Source: Trichoplax adhaerens (taxonomy: Eukaryota; Animalia; Placozoa). From it: a stretch of 64,000 nucleotides of DNA. Position numbers and translations under genes: made by a program. Below the pieces are notes generated by a model that had not been told where the DNA came from, did no database searches, and saw only the letters and a program-made list of their open reading frames with translations. Positions 10,946-25,520 of the stretch are shown piece by piece. How positions within the stretch are numbered: the stretch's first letter is position 1; every line of letters starts with the position of its first letter. Where the stretch lies: NCBI RefSeq assembly GCF_000150275.1, contig NW_002060959.1:308371-372370 (forward strand), read 5' to 3'.

Positions 10946-13900
10946 ACTTAACCTTGGCTGTCATGGCTTCTCCTATTAAATGGTCAAATAAATCGTTGTT
11001 GTAGAAAGAGAGAGTGGATCAATATTAAAAAATTGCTTATGGTCCAATAAATCTGTACTGCTGAGAGAAGGAACACATCAGTATTGAAAAAATATGCCAA
11101 CAATGAACTAGCACTTTTTTCAGTAGAATCAATTCTGCCTTCTCTATCAGACTAGGTAGGCTATTTGGACAGCTCCTAACATGATCACTGTAAAGTACAT
11201 TAGTTGACATGATGTTGAAGAGCAGGCTACGAAAAACAATCACAAACATCAACAAAGTCCAATCGATGTCAATGGATACTGTCTTCTATCTTTCATAGGA
11301 CAACGTAAACCTTTAGCGCATTGTAAAAATGATTTGATTGATCAACATCATCACGTAGTTTAATAAACAACTGGATAATGGAATCAATGAAATTACTTAG
11401 AAAACAAAAAATGAAAGGCTCCCCCCCTCCCTGCTGTCCATGGACAATACTAATAAAAGTATGCAATGAACTTTTAATCTATCATGTTGATAGTCATTTA
11501 TGATGGTCATGAACCATTAGTAGCGCTGCGAGTGTCGGGAATCATACATGCTAAAGGAATAGAGTAGACAGTTTTCTCTGTATCAATCGACTAGCAGTTG
11601 GAGATTAAAAGGAAACCCTCTTTTTTTGATCATGACGTAAATTACGTCGATGATGGTAATAATCTACGGGCTAATGGTTATTCGATTATAAAAGTAGTCA
11701 AAGTACTTTTGTTAATATAGAATAGTACGGCAGGAGGATAGAAAGCAACCCTTCTTTTCTCACGGTGTTTATTGGAATCGCCATTAATAGAGATCGCTTG
11801 TACACTGTCTTAATCCACTTGCCATAGAAAAGAATTTTTCCTATCCTTTGACGACCAAAATTTCAACAAGGAATAGGTTGGTAACCTCCATGTTCTACCA
11901 AGATTACCATGTTCACTTGATGATGGATACGTAAGAGAAACTTTCAAATAAATAATACAATATACTTTTCTGTTACTTTATGACTCTATCACTTTCCCAT
12001 GTTAAAAAGAAGGGTGGCAAGAACCCCTTCTATAACTACGAAAGTATTCACATTGACGACTAATATCCATGGGTAGATATCATGTAGAAAAGATTCAATA
12101 ATGAATATAACCTATTTTCCTATCACTTGAGGACTGACGAGCAAGATACTATGAAAAGGAATTATTTCTTCCTCGTGATGTTTATGAAGTTTTCTACAGT
12201 TAAAATGATATTATTAGTCAATAGTCTTAGTGCTTCTATCGTTTGACAATAAGAATATGGAAGAATGATCATAAAATTGATAGTTTGTCTATAAAAATCT
12301 ATTCAATTCTAGTAATAATAACTATCCATAGTTCTATCTTGGATAGAAATCGAATTGCGAATGATCATACAAAGCTTTTACTCCAAAAAGATTACCAACT
12401 ACTGTAGTCGTAGTGGTTCTAGCGTTGCGCCATAATTGATATATAATCATCAATTTCTAGTTTACATCGAAAAGTCAATTCAATCTTATAACGATTAACT
12501 ATCCATGGCTGTAGTCGATGGAAATTAAATAAGGAATGACTATACAAAACTTTCTATTCAAACGTTCACAACACTCAAGAATAATCCGAAATGTAATCAC
12601 TTTTTCTCTTTTATGGTCTTCTATTTTCTGCGTGCTAATATGTATATTTGGGCATGATGTGTTAGGCTAAACACTCCAATGGACTCGTTGATCCAAGGGT
12701 TATTACTTTATATGGATGATACAACTCTTATTCTCTTGGGCTATAAATAAATCAATATTGGATCGTCCTATTTCAATGATTACCAAATGCAACATCCATT
12801 TATTAAGTCCATAGTAATGACTTTATAATGGTAAACTACTGTAGATTATTGTATGGGGATTTTATTCTGTTTGTTTTATTAATTAATAACATACACTATA
12901 CAAACACTATTTACATAAAAAAATAATATGGTGAATCGATCGATTGAATACATTATGCATGATAGAATTGACTGTGTAGACTTGGAAGGGCAACATCTTG
13001 TTAGCGTTCTGATTAAGAGATCCAATTAATAGGATAAGCTACTATCTACTGAAAATGATTATCGATGGACTGAGCAAGGGCAACATCTTGTAACGATTAG
13101 GATTTACCCATTACGCATATCCAGTTGACATGAAAATAAATAGACAAGCCATCACGTAAAGTGAAATGATTAATGGATAGGTTAATAAAAATAGGCAATA
13201 CCTTGTGAAGGGTTAGTAGTCAACGCAGTAACAGCACTTGAAATACATCTTGTGCGCGATGGAAACAAATAATTTACAAACAGACCACAACCATGTTGAT
13301 GATATCATGATGAAAGATAGTGTAACAGTAATAACTTTGCCTAGGCAATAGGTGTTTCTATGCAGTTATTAGCATTGAATTTCTATGATACTTGAAGATG
13401 AAAGAACTTGTGAGGGTTTCATTGGCGTGTAAGTTTATTTTGGTCACTGTGATACAATTTAAAACATAAAATGAATCTTTTCAATGGAATCTTTAAAAAC
13501 AGCCGCCACACATCAACTAATTGATTATCATCAAGGCTAGGAAAGACGTATTAGATATTACTATTGATATTATTATATCAAGCTATAGCTATACAAATCC
13601 TTCCGCAACAGCTTTAGAGTCGACGCGATTTTAACATCACCAATGGGTCTTCTAATGTTATCGTTGCTAATGTTCTCGGATGCTCTACATCAATTTTTAA
13701 TATAATGACGAATCAAGTACTAGTCGATTGCTGTCGATTGCGCCAATTTTGATTGCATCTTGATGATTCTATAGACGAACGCAAACCATGAGTATTTATG
13801 TAGTTCTCATATCCCGTGATTTGAAATGTTGCATGTGACGTAAAATAGACTACTGCGTTACTTTGGAATAAAAAAAGTATTTGAAGGAGACAATCTTATG

Positions 13901-15140
13901 ATTGCAAATAGAGCACAGTATCCGAATTGATAATCCATCGATGTTCATTGATATGACGTTGAAGATTTATTCAGTCATCAAAATACACATTGTATACCAC
14001 TGTAGGAAATGGAAATTCTAAAATAAAGTGCTTGTTCTCTACAGTAATACAAATGATATAAACTGTTTCAACTTAGGGGAAGTATTGCTCTATGACGATA
14101 GTTCTTTGATCATCGTAATCAAATGGATTGAACAGTAACATTATCCATCATTTTACTAGCTTTGAATTGATATGTTCATATAATGGACTTATTTATTGCC
14201 TTAGGAAGTAATACTCGAGGTGATTTAACCTTGCTTAAACCTTCTATCGGAGAATAAAGGCATGATCTTTAGCAATTTCCCTTGGACTTCCTTTAAATAA
14301 TAGTAGAAAATGATTGACCTTTTAAGAATTATCACTTGAATGTTTAGAATGCTCAAATAAAAGTAAAACTGTACTTTTAACAAACAATCCGCTGATACAG
14401 GACATAACTTCAAACAGTAGATTTGATATTGATATCATGCACAGAAACTATAGAATAAAAGATTAGAGGAAGATAAATAGCAAAAAAAAGTTGTCACTTC
14501 CTTGTAAAGATTTATAAACTGTTTATAAATTTGTCATACCATTAATCTTCTTTCATCATTTGCTTGCTAAATCATAAATTGATTATCAATTTAAAAGAAG
14601 GATTTTACGTTATTCATCATTCGTTTAAATTTACTCACGTTTTAGGATTGTTTCCTGTTAACATTAAGTCGTGAAAAATTATCCGTTGGTCCACTCCGGG
14701 ACATCTTCAATAACTTGATAACCAGGTACTTCAAAAAAAATTGATTATGTTTGTGTAAATTTTATCCATTTTCTATTGATGATGGTCAGATTTAACTTGA
14801 AGCTTAGTCTAAATACTCTACATTGGTATCATCGATAAATTAGGCTTGTATTTGATTTCATGAACTTATTTGGTGGTAGCAGTTACTTCAAATATAGTCT
14901 ATTCAGTGTTTTTACAGTTAGTGAAGAGTATCGTTGGCGATTGTAATGCCAGTTTATTCATGAAAGTATTGAAACGATTTGATCCTCGTGAGACCTAATA
15001 TGCATCCTACAATATTTGAGTGTTAAATCATAAAGCTACTTTCCATAATAGTACCACTAAGTATAGGATACCAAATTTCATGATCAACTGGCTGGTTACA
15101 CTATCGACTTTACGGGATCGAACATTAATCCAAAAATGCT

Positions 15141-15190
15141 NNNNNNNNNNNNNNNNNNNNNNNNNNNNNNNNNNNNNNNNNNNNNNNNNN
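15141..15190. other. Assembly gap (50 N)
   Basis: Run of n. Confidence 1.
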
Positions 15191-15274
15191 TTAATTTTGG
15201 CGTTAGGTGTTAGTTGTGGAGACTATAAAATGTACTGTCAGCGCAATAGGTTCTCATCATTTCTGTCTTTGCAG

Positions 15275-18200
15275 GAAGGATACTCAAGACGTAAGAAATT
15301 ACGTTAACAAGACGAAATCTCTTTGGCAAGCTTTCAATCAAGTTTACCGCATTCTCATTGTTATTGCTAAATCCTATTGTCAGCAAGGTATTGGCGATCT
15401 ATTCATTTGAAATACTATCTTGTCAAAAAGTAAACTTTAAGCTAAAATATTTACTCTTTGTATTTATCATGATGACATCAAATGAAGGGTTGTTGGTAAC
15501 CTCAATTATTGAACTTTGCTGTAGTTAATGCTAATTTGAATTATGGTATCCGTGCTATATTAGGAATGCTTTACAACGTGCTATATTAGGAATGCTTTAA
15601 ATAACTTCTTGTGTCTAGCATTATAATTTACGTCAGCTGTACGCCATAAATGATAGTATACTTTATGACTTAATAAAGTTACTTCTTTTTCACTGTGCAC
15701 GAAAGGATTACAATTTTATATAACTCGTATGCTTTTATAGATAGATGATGTACTCTATATAATAATGCTAACTCGTCACCGGATTTTACATTTTTTCTAT
15801 TTCCACATAGCTCCATCAAATCATCCGTAACCTATAAAGTTATCGCAACTGAAATTTAAAAATCAGTGTTTTCCCATAAATTCATCACTAAATCATCGCC
15901 ATGGTTTACTTTAGTGGATTGACGCGTTTTTTTAGGGAGATGTCCAGTACAGTTACTAATCTTTACCATCTCCACATGCAAATACGGACATCCGACAATG
16001 ATTCAGTATTGTTGGGCTCGAATTCGACTTCTGGTTACATACGAATGGAGCTAAATGGCGGATATTTAAGACTTTACTACAACTATGAAGGTAGCAGCCA
16101 ACGTGAAACATACGTTAGTAATGGCATTTACTGTGCCGATGAAGAATGGCATGATGTTCGTGTACGCGTAGAGGACAATTATGCTGCATTAATTGTTGAT
16201 TCTTACGAGTCGACTATTCCATTATCCAAGGGTTTGACAATTTTTAAATCAAACCAAGTTAAGTATTATGTTGGCGGAGGTAATACTATTCGTGAAAGTG
16301 AAGGTAATACTATTCGTGAAGGCGAAGGGAACTATGTCCAACGCCCTTACCGTGGTTGTATGCGAGATTTGACTATTAATGATAATCCGTTCTACTCGCG
16401 AGACGAAGCTGTCCAAGAAAATGGCATGTGCGATGCTGAAACTTTTTTTGCCGCACGTTTTGCCACGCAAAATAAATCTTCCATCGCTTTCGATATGACC
16501 TATCAACAAGAAAAGCCCAACAGTATTCAGTTTTATTTCCGTGCTTTCGGAGCCGATGCACCAGAAGGAGTGACCAGACTCTTGACAATAACTAGCCAAG
16601 CCGATGATAAAGCATTGCTACTTATGAATGTACCGAGCATGATTGCTATGTCGACTTTTGAGAATAGATATTATCCATTTTCAAAGGTCAAAGCTTACGA
16701 TGGTCAATGGCATCGTATCAACGTCACAGTCGATAATAATCAGATTATTATGACAGTAGATAATTTCACTGGTGTCATGAAATTTATTCGACTAAATACA
16801 GTTAAAAGTGTACGCGTTGTTCTGGGTCATTTAGCAGGCGTAACACATAATGGATTTAATGGATGCTTGAAAGACGTAGAGATCAACAACAAAATTCAAA
16901 ACTTAAATGATCCATCGCTGCAGAGATATTTTATTACCCCTCATGGATGCGGTTTAAAGGATGCTTGTTTGCCGTACAATCCTTGTTACAATGGTGGTAA
17001 ATGTTCGCCAGATGGTATCAGCTACACTTGCAGTTGCCCTGATAGTTATGACAAGCCTAATTGTGTTGATTGTAAGTATCTAGTTGATCACGCTATTCAT
17101 CAGGGAAATATTTTTTATTAATGCATACTTCTTCTTGCGACCATTAGATAAATATCAGCGATCTTGCCATGACATATTCATGAAGAATCCAAATGCAACT
17201 AGTAACGACTATGTAATTGATCCTGATGGACCAAAAATGGCTACCAAACCATTTAAAGTGCATTGCAGAGATGATGATATTACTACAACTGAGATTGCAC
17301 ACAATCAATCGCATAACTATATTAAAGTTCCATCTGATACATCGTTGGTGGGGCCTGGTAAATTTGAAGTGAATTATACCTATGGATATGGTGCAACCTT
17401 TGATCAATTAGGTACTTTAGCCGAACAATCACAAAACTGCTCCCAATTTATCGGCTATGAATGCCAACGCTCAGTACTTTTGAATTGGCCTAAAATGCCT
17501 TATGTTTGGTGGACTTCGCGTTCGGGTACCAGCGTATTCAGCTGGGGTGGAGCCCCTGCTAATTCAAGCATGTGTGACTGCGGTTTAACCGACACTTGCC
17601 ATGGTGGAACTGGGACTAGATGCAATTGTGACAGTAATTCCCATGCCTCGTTAAAAGATGAAGGAGTTATCCACGATCGAAATTTACTCCCGGTTAAAAA
17701 AATTCATATTGGCTATGAAAGATTTACGAGTCTTACTCTCAGTTTCTATAAATTGGGTCCATTTAGGTGTGGAGGACAAGGTCGGTGGAATAGTTCTTGT
17801 TGTTTATATATTTGCAAATTGATAACTATTTTTTTTTTGATTTCTAGCAATAAATGATGTCGTCAATCTTGGCAATCAAACTCATATTGCTCTATCTGAC
17901 TGGAAGGACAAGCTGGACTTAGATATTAGTTTGAAGTTCAAAACTGTTTTGCCTGAAGCCATCTTGATGTACAATGATGGAGCTTTAAGTAATTTTTTTA
18001 CTCTATCCTATACTCCGCATAAGATACTGCTGCGATATAACTTAAATCAGGGCAATAATACTGTCAGTATTCTGCAGACGGAAAATTACCATGAAGGATT
18101 CGATGATAATGAATGGCATAGTGTACGATTTAGATTGTTATATAACTCAGCTGAGTTACAGGTGGATAATTTAAAGAAAGTTTCTGCAGAGTACCCTATT

Positions 18201-19169
18201 GAACGTCCACTATCTGTATTTGATTCTCAAGGACCAATCTTTTTAGGGAAAGATCCTCACGGGTAATTATAACGCTGTCACGAAATTAAACTTATAAAAT
18301 TACCGCAACTGTAGTATAAAATTTTATTTTATGTAAAAAAATTTAGTAACCGAACATTTAGTGGCTGTTTTGGTAACTTAGAAATAAGCAGCGAGAAAAT
18401 TAATTTGCAGCAATATGTTAATGATGTTGGCATTGAAAATGGGTGTGATCTATCACCAGGTAGTAACCTTTCAATTACAAGCTATGATTCTTTTTTATAA
18501 AATAAGTCGTGTAAATATATTGAGGGTAGATGCTTCATTTTATTTCTAGTAACTGTTGCTACTGTAAATCCTACGGTATTAACACCTACTCCTCAGACAC
18601 AGCTGCCAAAGTCCACTACAAAGCTACCAACGACACCAACGACAGAGCAACCATCAACTACTGAAAACTTAGTGACAGATACTCTGGCAAGCACTCCATT
18701 TGCAACGACTGAAAATGATTCCACAACTGAAATTACTGATTTTACTGATGATAACCTGTTTCCAACTAATTCAACGGAATGGAGAACTACTACTACTACG
18801 CAAAAATCTGTACCACCTACTTTTTCAAGTCGTAGTGAAATCTCGACTATGTTCTCTACTGACGATACAAGCAGTGTAAACACTTCTTCATCTACTCTAG
18901 GAGTTGATCCGCAAACCTCTAATGTTGGCACTTATATCTACATTGCTTGTACTGCTGGAGGACTTATCTTAATTTTAGCAATAATCATATTAATGGTTGT
19001 AGTTAAGCAGCATAGAAGGCGCCGTTCGAAATCAAGAAAAAGTCGTGACAAAAAACCAAGTAAAGGCAAATCTAAATCTAAAAAGGATATGTATAAAAGT
19101 AGCCATAGCGTTATTTACGATACCAATTTTGTTACCGTAAAAGTATCCGATAGAGTATCATTTGTGTAA
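15275..19169 (+). CDS. Caspr/neurexin-IV-like type I membrane protein (LamG-LamG-EGF-fibrinogen-like-LamG-mucin stalk-TM); multi-exon, 5' end uncertain
   Basis: LamG motifs (ADEEWHDV, YRGCMRDL, DGQWHRI, FNGCLKDV, DDNEWHSV), EGF (NPCYNGGKC...YTCSCP), Caspr-type fibrinogen module (IDPDGP...F.VHC, CSQFIGYEC, WGGAP, CNCD), a Thr-rich stalk, a TM helix and a tail ending RVSFV. GT-AG introns join the ORFs at 15901, 17084, 17931 and 18672. Confidence 0.85.
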
Positions 19170-19722
19170 GCGGTTATGTAGCTACAATTATTGATTTTCA
19201 TGAAGTAAATGCGAATATATTACATTATGTAGTGTACCCAAATGATACAAAACTGTAGACCAAATAAATATTTTATTAAGAATGCTGATAAAAATACTTG
19301 CGTATATATCTATATATACGTATGCACTGTATTTCCATTTCTATGCATTGCACAGTTCTGCTATTTCCGGTTAATATAAGATGAATAATTGTCATACATG
19401 ATAAGCATAAAGTACATTTTCATGCATGCAATGGAGAGTAATTTTATACTTATATAAAGAAAAATAATATCAAGATAAGATAAAAAAAATATTATTAAGA
19501 GGCATAGTTGTACAGTAGAGTACATCTTTTGCTTACACCATTACGCGATAACAGCAAGTTGTTTTAATTTGTAAACCGAAGATTACAGTGAATTTGTTTA
19601 GCCTGCTGGCAAAATAGCTAACAAAATTTGTTGATTAATAACATATTTACACAAATGTTGGTATCTTCTAATCGTTAAAATAAAAAACTTTGATAAAGCG
19701 AAATTCCAGCCGATAAAGTGTC

Positions 19723-22700
19723 TTAAACTTGTACAACTTTGTATGGATTCAGAATGTTCTATAAGGGATTTTAACGAAACTTAGTATTGTGATTTTAGCT
19801 ATGTTTAGTAAGATAAACGGAAGTGCAACTTTCTATATTTATTAAGACGTATTTAGTAGCTCGCTACTATGGACTGTAATGATAGATTCAATGCTACAGT
19901 ACAGATGACAATATAGTGTAAGATGAGTTACTGTTAAGGCTAGAGGTAAAAATAGAAAAGTAATTCATATATTAGGTTATGCTTATTTTACCCGTACTTT
20001 GACTGTTAAGAATAATATCTATGAAAATACTGTAGTTGTTTCCATATTGGATTAATGATGGTCCGCTGTAAAATGTTGTTACTAAAAATAATTTATCTAT
20101 GTGTAAATTATGGTAGAATGCTGCTACGCTGATTGTAGCTGATTATCTTATTCTTTCTAGAAGTTTTTCAGTAGTTGTATTTGGTTAGAGTAGAGCTGTG
20201 TGTAGCTAGTCTTTGTGTTATATCTAATAAAGTTCTAATTTTCTACAACTTAGAATATTCTTGAGCGAGTATTATTACAGGGATGAATGCGTAACAAAGC
20301 TTTGCAAGATATTTAGAATTAGTTATACGGTTTTTATATATAAACTGTGGTTGAAGGAGTTTACATTTAAATACAATTTTTTTAATTTCTTTACGTTATA
20401 AATTGCTTTAATGCTCGTACGTTAGCTTTACTCACTTTCGGATCGAAATGAGCCTTGATCGATCTCATCATGGCCAGACTATTTGATGATTTACTACCAT
20501 GCATGAGATGCGCTTTGTGAAATCCAATTCCATGTTCAGCACTAATACTGCCACCGTTCTGAACTGTAATACATGTATAGAAGCCCGAATTTTAATCCAT
20601 AGTGATACACAATAAATTGACTGGCTAATATTGGCAATATTTTTTACAAACTGCGACCAAGTACATTAATGCCTACCTAACCAGTCACAAAGAATTGTCT
20701 CTATTCTATTCAGAAGTAGCTTATCGTACTGCTTTGATGTTATATTCAAATGTAAATTTCCTACGATGAAATATAGTATATAAGTAATTTTAGATTGTCT
20801 TAGTTGTTATAATCGATTGTTAAGCTATTCATTAAGCTGAGGATTGTAATTTTTCTACCATCGGCCAGGTGTCCAAATCCACAAATGGTTGATGAATATG
20901 ATCCAATTTCATGCCGCATCACATCAACCAGATCGAAGTACTTTGCGATCGGAACAGAGATATCAAACTAGGGTAGTCAATTTTTACACATTAATACCAA
21001 ATTAAGATAGTATGATATAATACAATACAGGAAATTTTTGTACGACATTTAAGTTGAAAGTTTCTGTATACTCATGTAGAATAATTATAAAATTCCGCAA
21101 GAGAGAATAAAATTGGATGTTACTGTATACTGTGCTTGCAGAGAATACCATCGGGAATAAAGAGGTAATTAACTTTCAATTGCTAGCTTAATATTCCTAC
21201 AAGCGCAAGCATTCATTTTACTGCTATTATTATAGTATTCTGAGGTGAGATACTTTCCAAATTAATATTAATGCATTTATGCCCAAGGCTCTTATACCTT
21301 ATAGACATGTCCATCGCGCTTTAGTGCTTCGGTAATGTGTTCTCGTACGGACCATAACTGTGATAACTTTAAGTTAAATAGATATTTAATATTTCCATAG
21401 CATTACATCGCCATTTAATGGACGTCTAGTAAAGGGCTACCTAGCAAATACATCTGTGATATATAGCTTTGATGGAAAACTTAATGAATAGTTGTTCCAG
21501 CTACCTGAGTCTGATTAAGACTAACTGCTGATTCCATGCTACCAAATTTGTTTTCAAGTAGACTCAAGATATGGCTAAGTTTCTATTACACAAATAGATT
21601 ATTACGAAAATATATAAATGCTTTAGTAGTAGGTGTGCACTTTTTCAGGTTTCAGGAAGATGTTTTCAATTGTACAGAAATTAAACTACTACACCAACAT
21701 CGATATTTTGATCTTCATCGTTGGAAAATGTTTCAATCAGGGCGTAGAATGGATGCGGAGAAAGTGGACATTTAAGTCCTAACTTTGAATCAACTACAGA
21801 AACAGCAGCTGAATCCATAACTTCAATGGCTAGTGATGGAAGTAAATTACTAAATATTGAGCACAGTACGTGACTATGTAAATGTTATGAGGTAATTAGT
21901 ATCAAGAAATGTTGATCATATATTACCTGATACAGTATGACCTAAAACATTTCTAGCATCCATTAGAACTGACGTAACTTGATGATGAGTTTTACAGCCT
22001 AACATTATGGCACTGTAACACTAAAATGGTTAATGAATGGTTAGAATACGTAAATTAATCCTCTCGTCGAGTATGGGTTACCTTTGCAGTCTCAACACAT
22101 TTGATAGCAACTTTCGTTAAGATGGCTAGTGTTCCTTCAGCTCCTATGAATAGTTGTTTAAAATCTGCAAAAATAAGAAATAATTTTTATTTCGATATTA
22201 ATACTAACTTTGCATGTTCATTATATACAAATTTATCTAACTCTTTATTGAGTTACTACTATAAATGTGACTACATTATACAGCGTATTTACCAGAGTCT
22301 TGCATTGGCTGCGGTGTTATCATATCTAATACAACGCCATTGCTTAGAACCTAGAATGAATTCGTTAAAATAAAATTTTTAAAGACAAACTACCATATAG
22401 AGTGATAAAAATATCATTTTATTCCATAACTACCACTTCTACGCCAGTAACATATCTTCTCAATGGGCCATATCGAACAAAATGGATTCCACCAGCATTT
22501 GTGGAGAGATTTCCACCGATTTGGCAGCTACAAAAAAATTTTTTAAAATTAATAACTCTAAGCAAGGAAGCATTTGTTACTTAAATCTTTCACTAAATAA
22601 ACTATCAATCCAATGTGAATATTACCAAGACAAGTTATTACGCAAGATGCTATTATACCTTCCTCTAGCGCCTAAATCAATCGGCATGGTAAATCCATAA

Positions 22701-24283
22701 TTTCCAACATAATCTTGTAGATTCTTAAGGATGCAACCCGCTTGACATATCAAAATACCTATCATTGCCGTCATATATTAATAATTTTAGTAGCTGAATT
22801 GAGTCTAAGATTATGCTAAGAGTATGGAAAATAAATTTAGCTATATCATAGATTCTTAAGAAGTTTCTACCGATTATCGTCCATTTTAATATAATATTGG
22901 TAATAATATCATAGGTATACGAGGAATAGAATATTGTTATTTTGCCTTATAAACTGCTATAATCTATTGACTAGTATTGTACATGTACAAAGCTTGTTTC
23001 ATAGAATTAGCATATTATGGTCTTTCGAAGTTCTCTGTCAACTATGATATTACATAATTCATTCGTACAAAAGAGATTAATAGACAATAGTTCTAAACTA
23101 TTATCAATTTCTGGATCTAAATTTATCAACTTTTCCTAACCTGATTGAGGATCGAAGTTAATAATGTCGTCCATCAAAGAAGTTGATAAAACAATTTCAT
23201 CAAACACGGGAGTACCACCACCTGTAGTGTATGACAATAATTTTAAATGTTGATAGCTTGTATTACAAGGTAAAGGACGTTCATTTCAATAACACTGCAA
23301 GCTGACGGCAGATCAATCTGAGTGAAAGGTGATGCTTACCTACTAAACCAGTGTTTCCACCTTGGGGCACAACCGCTAAACTAACATGTGTAATTTCAGA
23401 TAAATGATATAAAATTAAGCCTATCCAATTTGAATAGCTCATAAGTAAAGGTAAAAATTTATGTTTACTGTTTTAACATTTGCTTATTCTATCTCCTATT
23501 ATTACTGAAAGAAAATTCTAAAGAACATCTAACTGTTAATAGCTTAGAAATGTATATACACTACTTTACAACCAGTAGCATTAAGCGTTAAGCTAATTAG
23601 CTATCAATGAATCAGCAGCAAGAATCTTATAATTGACCATAAATTATAAATTTGTTCAACATACTTTCTTTTGTAGCAGTGTTTCATTATGGCGGCCACC
23701 ATTTGTGTTGTTGTTGGTCTAAGGGCAATATGAGTAAAATTCCTATATAGATAATTCAGAAATGGAAGATATATCATGATACTTGTAGACTTTAAACTAT
23801 AACATATCAGAACTTCAGCATCCAGTTACTTGATACGGCTAATTACTTATGACTATTGCAACATAAACATCTTGCGACTCAAGAATCAAGTCACTTAATT
23901 TCTAGATCTATCAACAGCATCTAAAATTACATCTAGTTCTTGCAGCCGTATTACTTGAGTTCATTCTGACTAGTGTCCTATGTCATCGTTGTAATCATAA
24001 TTCAATCTTACTTAGTGTTGTTATGGTAATACCCATGCCAATCTGCAACATAATTGCTAACATCTTGATCGTCCAGTAGACGCGATTTATGTTTTAATAT
24101 ATCGTAGAAATTGTTTTTATCCTGCTGATTAATATAATTATAAGGACCTCGTATGGCTGCAATCGTTGTTGAATATCGCAAGTATAATTTTGTCTTGCTC
24201 GGATGAAATGAGCAGGCGATAAAAGGCAATTTAGGCCCAAATGAGGCAATGCAAGAAAAACTACGAGTAGGCCAATGGGTCAT
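19723..24283 (-). CDS. D2HGDH: D-2-hydroxyglutarate dehydrogenase-like FAD oxidoreductase, diverged paralog (multi-exon)
   Basis: All exons were traced with GT-AG junctions and an intact frame: [97 protein letters not shown]. The N-terminus is mitochondrial-like. An alternative ATG lies at 24319. Confidence 0.88.
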
Positions 24284-25520
24284 GACCTTACTTGTGTAGT
24301 CGATGTGGATTACTAGCATAAAACCGTAGATTAAACTGAATAATAATTGAATATAACCATTCTCAATAGATCAACAACGCTGATGGTCTGATCATCATCT
24401 TGTTAGCCAACTATCGATTGTAGCACTTGGCATCACTTAATCATCCATCTTCAACAGGTCTCAGCTTCAATCTAGCTGCGTTTAGCTCAAAGTGGAGTAG
24501 TTAATCTATAGTGTTGTCTGGGTTACTATCTAATTTGCTACAGAAATTGAAAAGGAAAGCGTCAGATCTCCTCCATATGTGGAGATAAAGTAGAGTTAAA
24601 TTAAATAAGAAAGCGTAGAATTTCCTCCAGCTATCCAGATGATGTAGAGTTCATCGCCATTTCCAATGCGAGCTCTGCCTTCTGGATTTGCTGTTGTCAT
24701 TGCAACCAGTATGGGTTGTCATACGGTGTCATCATAGACATCAAGACTCCATACAATACATTGTATTCTACATGAGTGTATAGCACAGTATGGTATCGTA
24801 CAGCATCACGCTTGCCCCATTGCCGTATCGGACAGACTGGAGAGACAGCCGGCCGGTAATAGCTCAACAACAACAAGTAGAGCCTCCAGGTCGTCAAGGT
24901 AGCAGTGGCTAGCACCCAGTTGCATTGCATTTGATCAAGAAATATTCTACCATAACAATCTCTAATGACTACGTCGAGTGGAACGCAGAGTGCCTTTCTA
25001 CTTCGTCTAAGCTTTTGTAGCTGGTGAAGAGTCTATACAGCGGGAAAGTAGTGACTGTCATGTTATAGAACTTTGCTTCCAGCCATCTTGAATTGGAACC
25101 AGTTACGTTGCCATTTTGTTAAGGTCGAATTGCAACACCGTGTTTAAATATTAACCTAAATCCGTTGACTTCTAAGCCGGAGCTATATTGCATCGTCTAC
25201 TATCAAGGCTCCGGTATTGCCAATTTAACATTGTAATGCAATATTTGCTTGATTTCTTGAACCGTGACGTTATATTGAACGTCAGTTAAAATTGATAGTT
25301 GGAATAAAAAATCAAATTGGTTTTCTTGACTTAATTTACGACGTCTTGTACTTACTGTGTTTATGGACTGTATGTTGTACGATGTTATGGCAGATACAGG
25401 AATTGTGATCAAATAGATTCGTATACTGCTAGAATTACTATCTTAATCAACAGTGCTATCGATTTACTTCTTGTAATTTTTATTCAATATGTTTTTGCTA
25501 GCAGAAAATAGATACCTGAC

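Noticed and set aside
11740-13720. GPCR-like scraps (LTVFIGIAINRDRL.., NITNGSSNVIVANVLG)
   Set aside because: Too short, out of order and stop-riddled to support a pseudogene call by eye.
16249-18931. Minus-strand ORFs over the Caspr-like gene
   Set aside because: Antisense shadows of real coding exons.
24697-24930. 77-aa ORF between the D2HGDH paralogs
   Set aside because: No recognisable motif; more likely UTR or promoter sequence.
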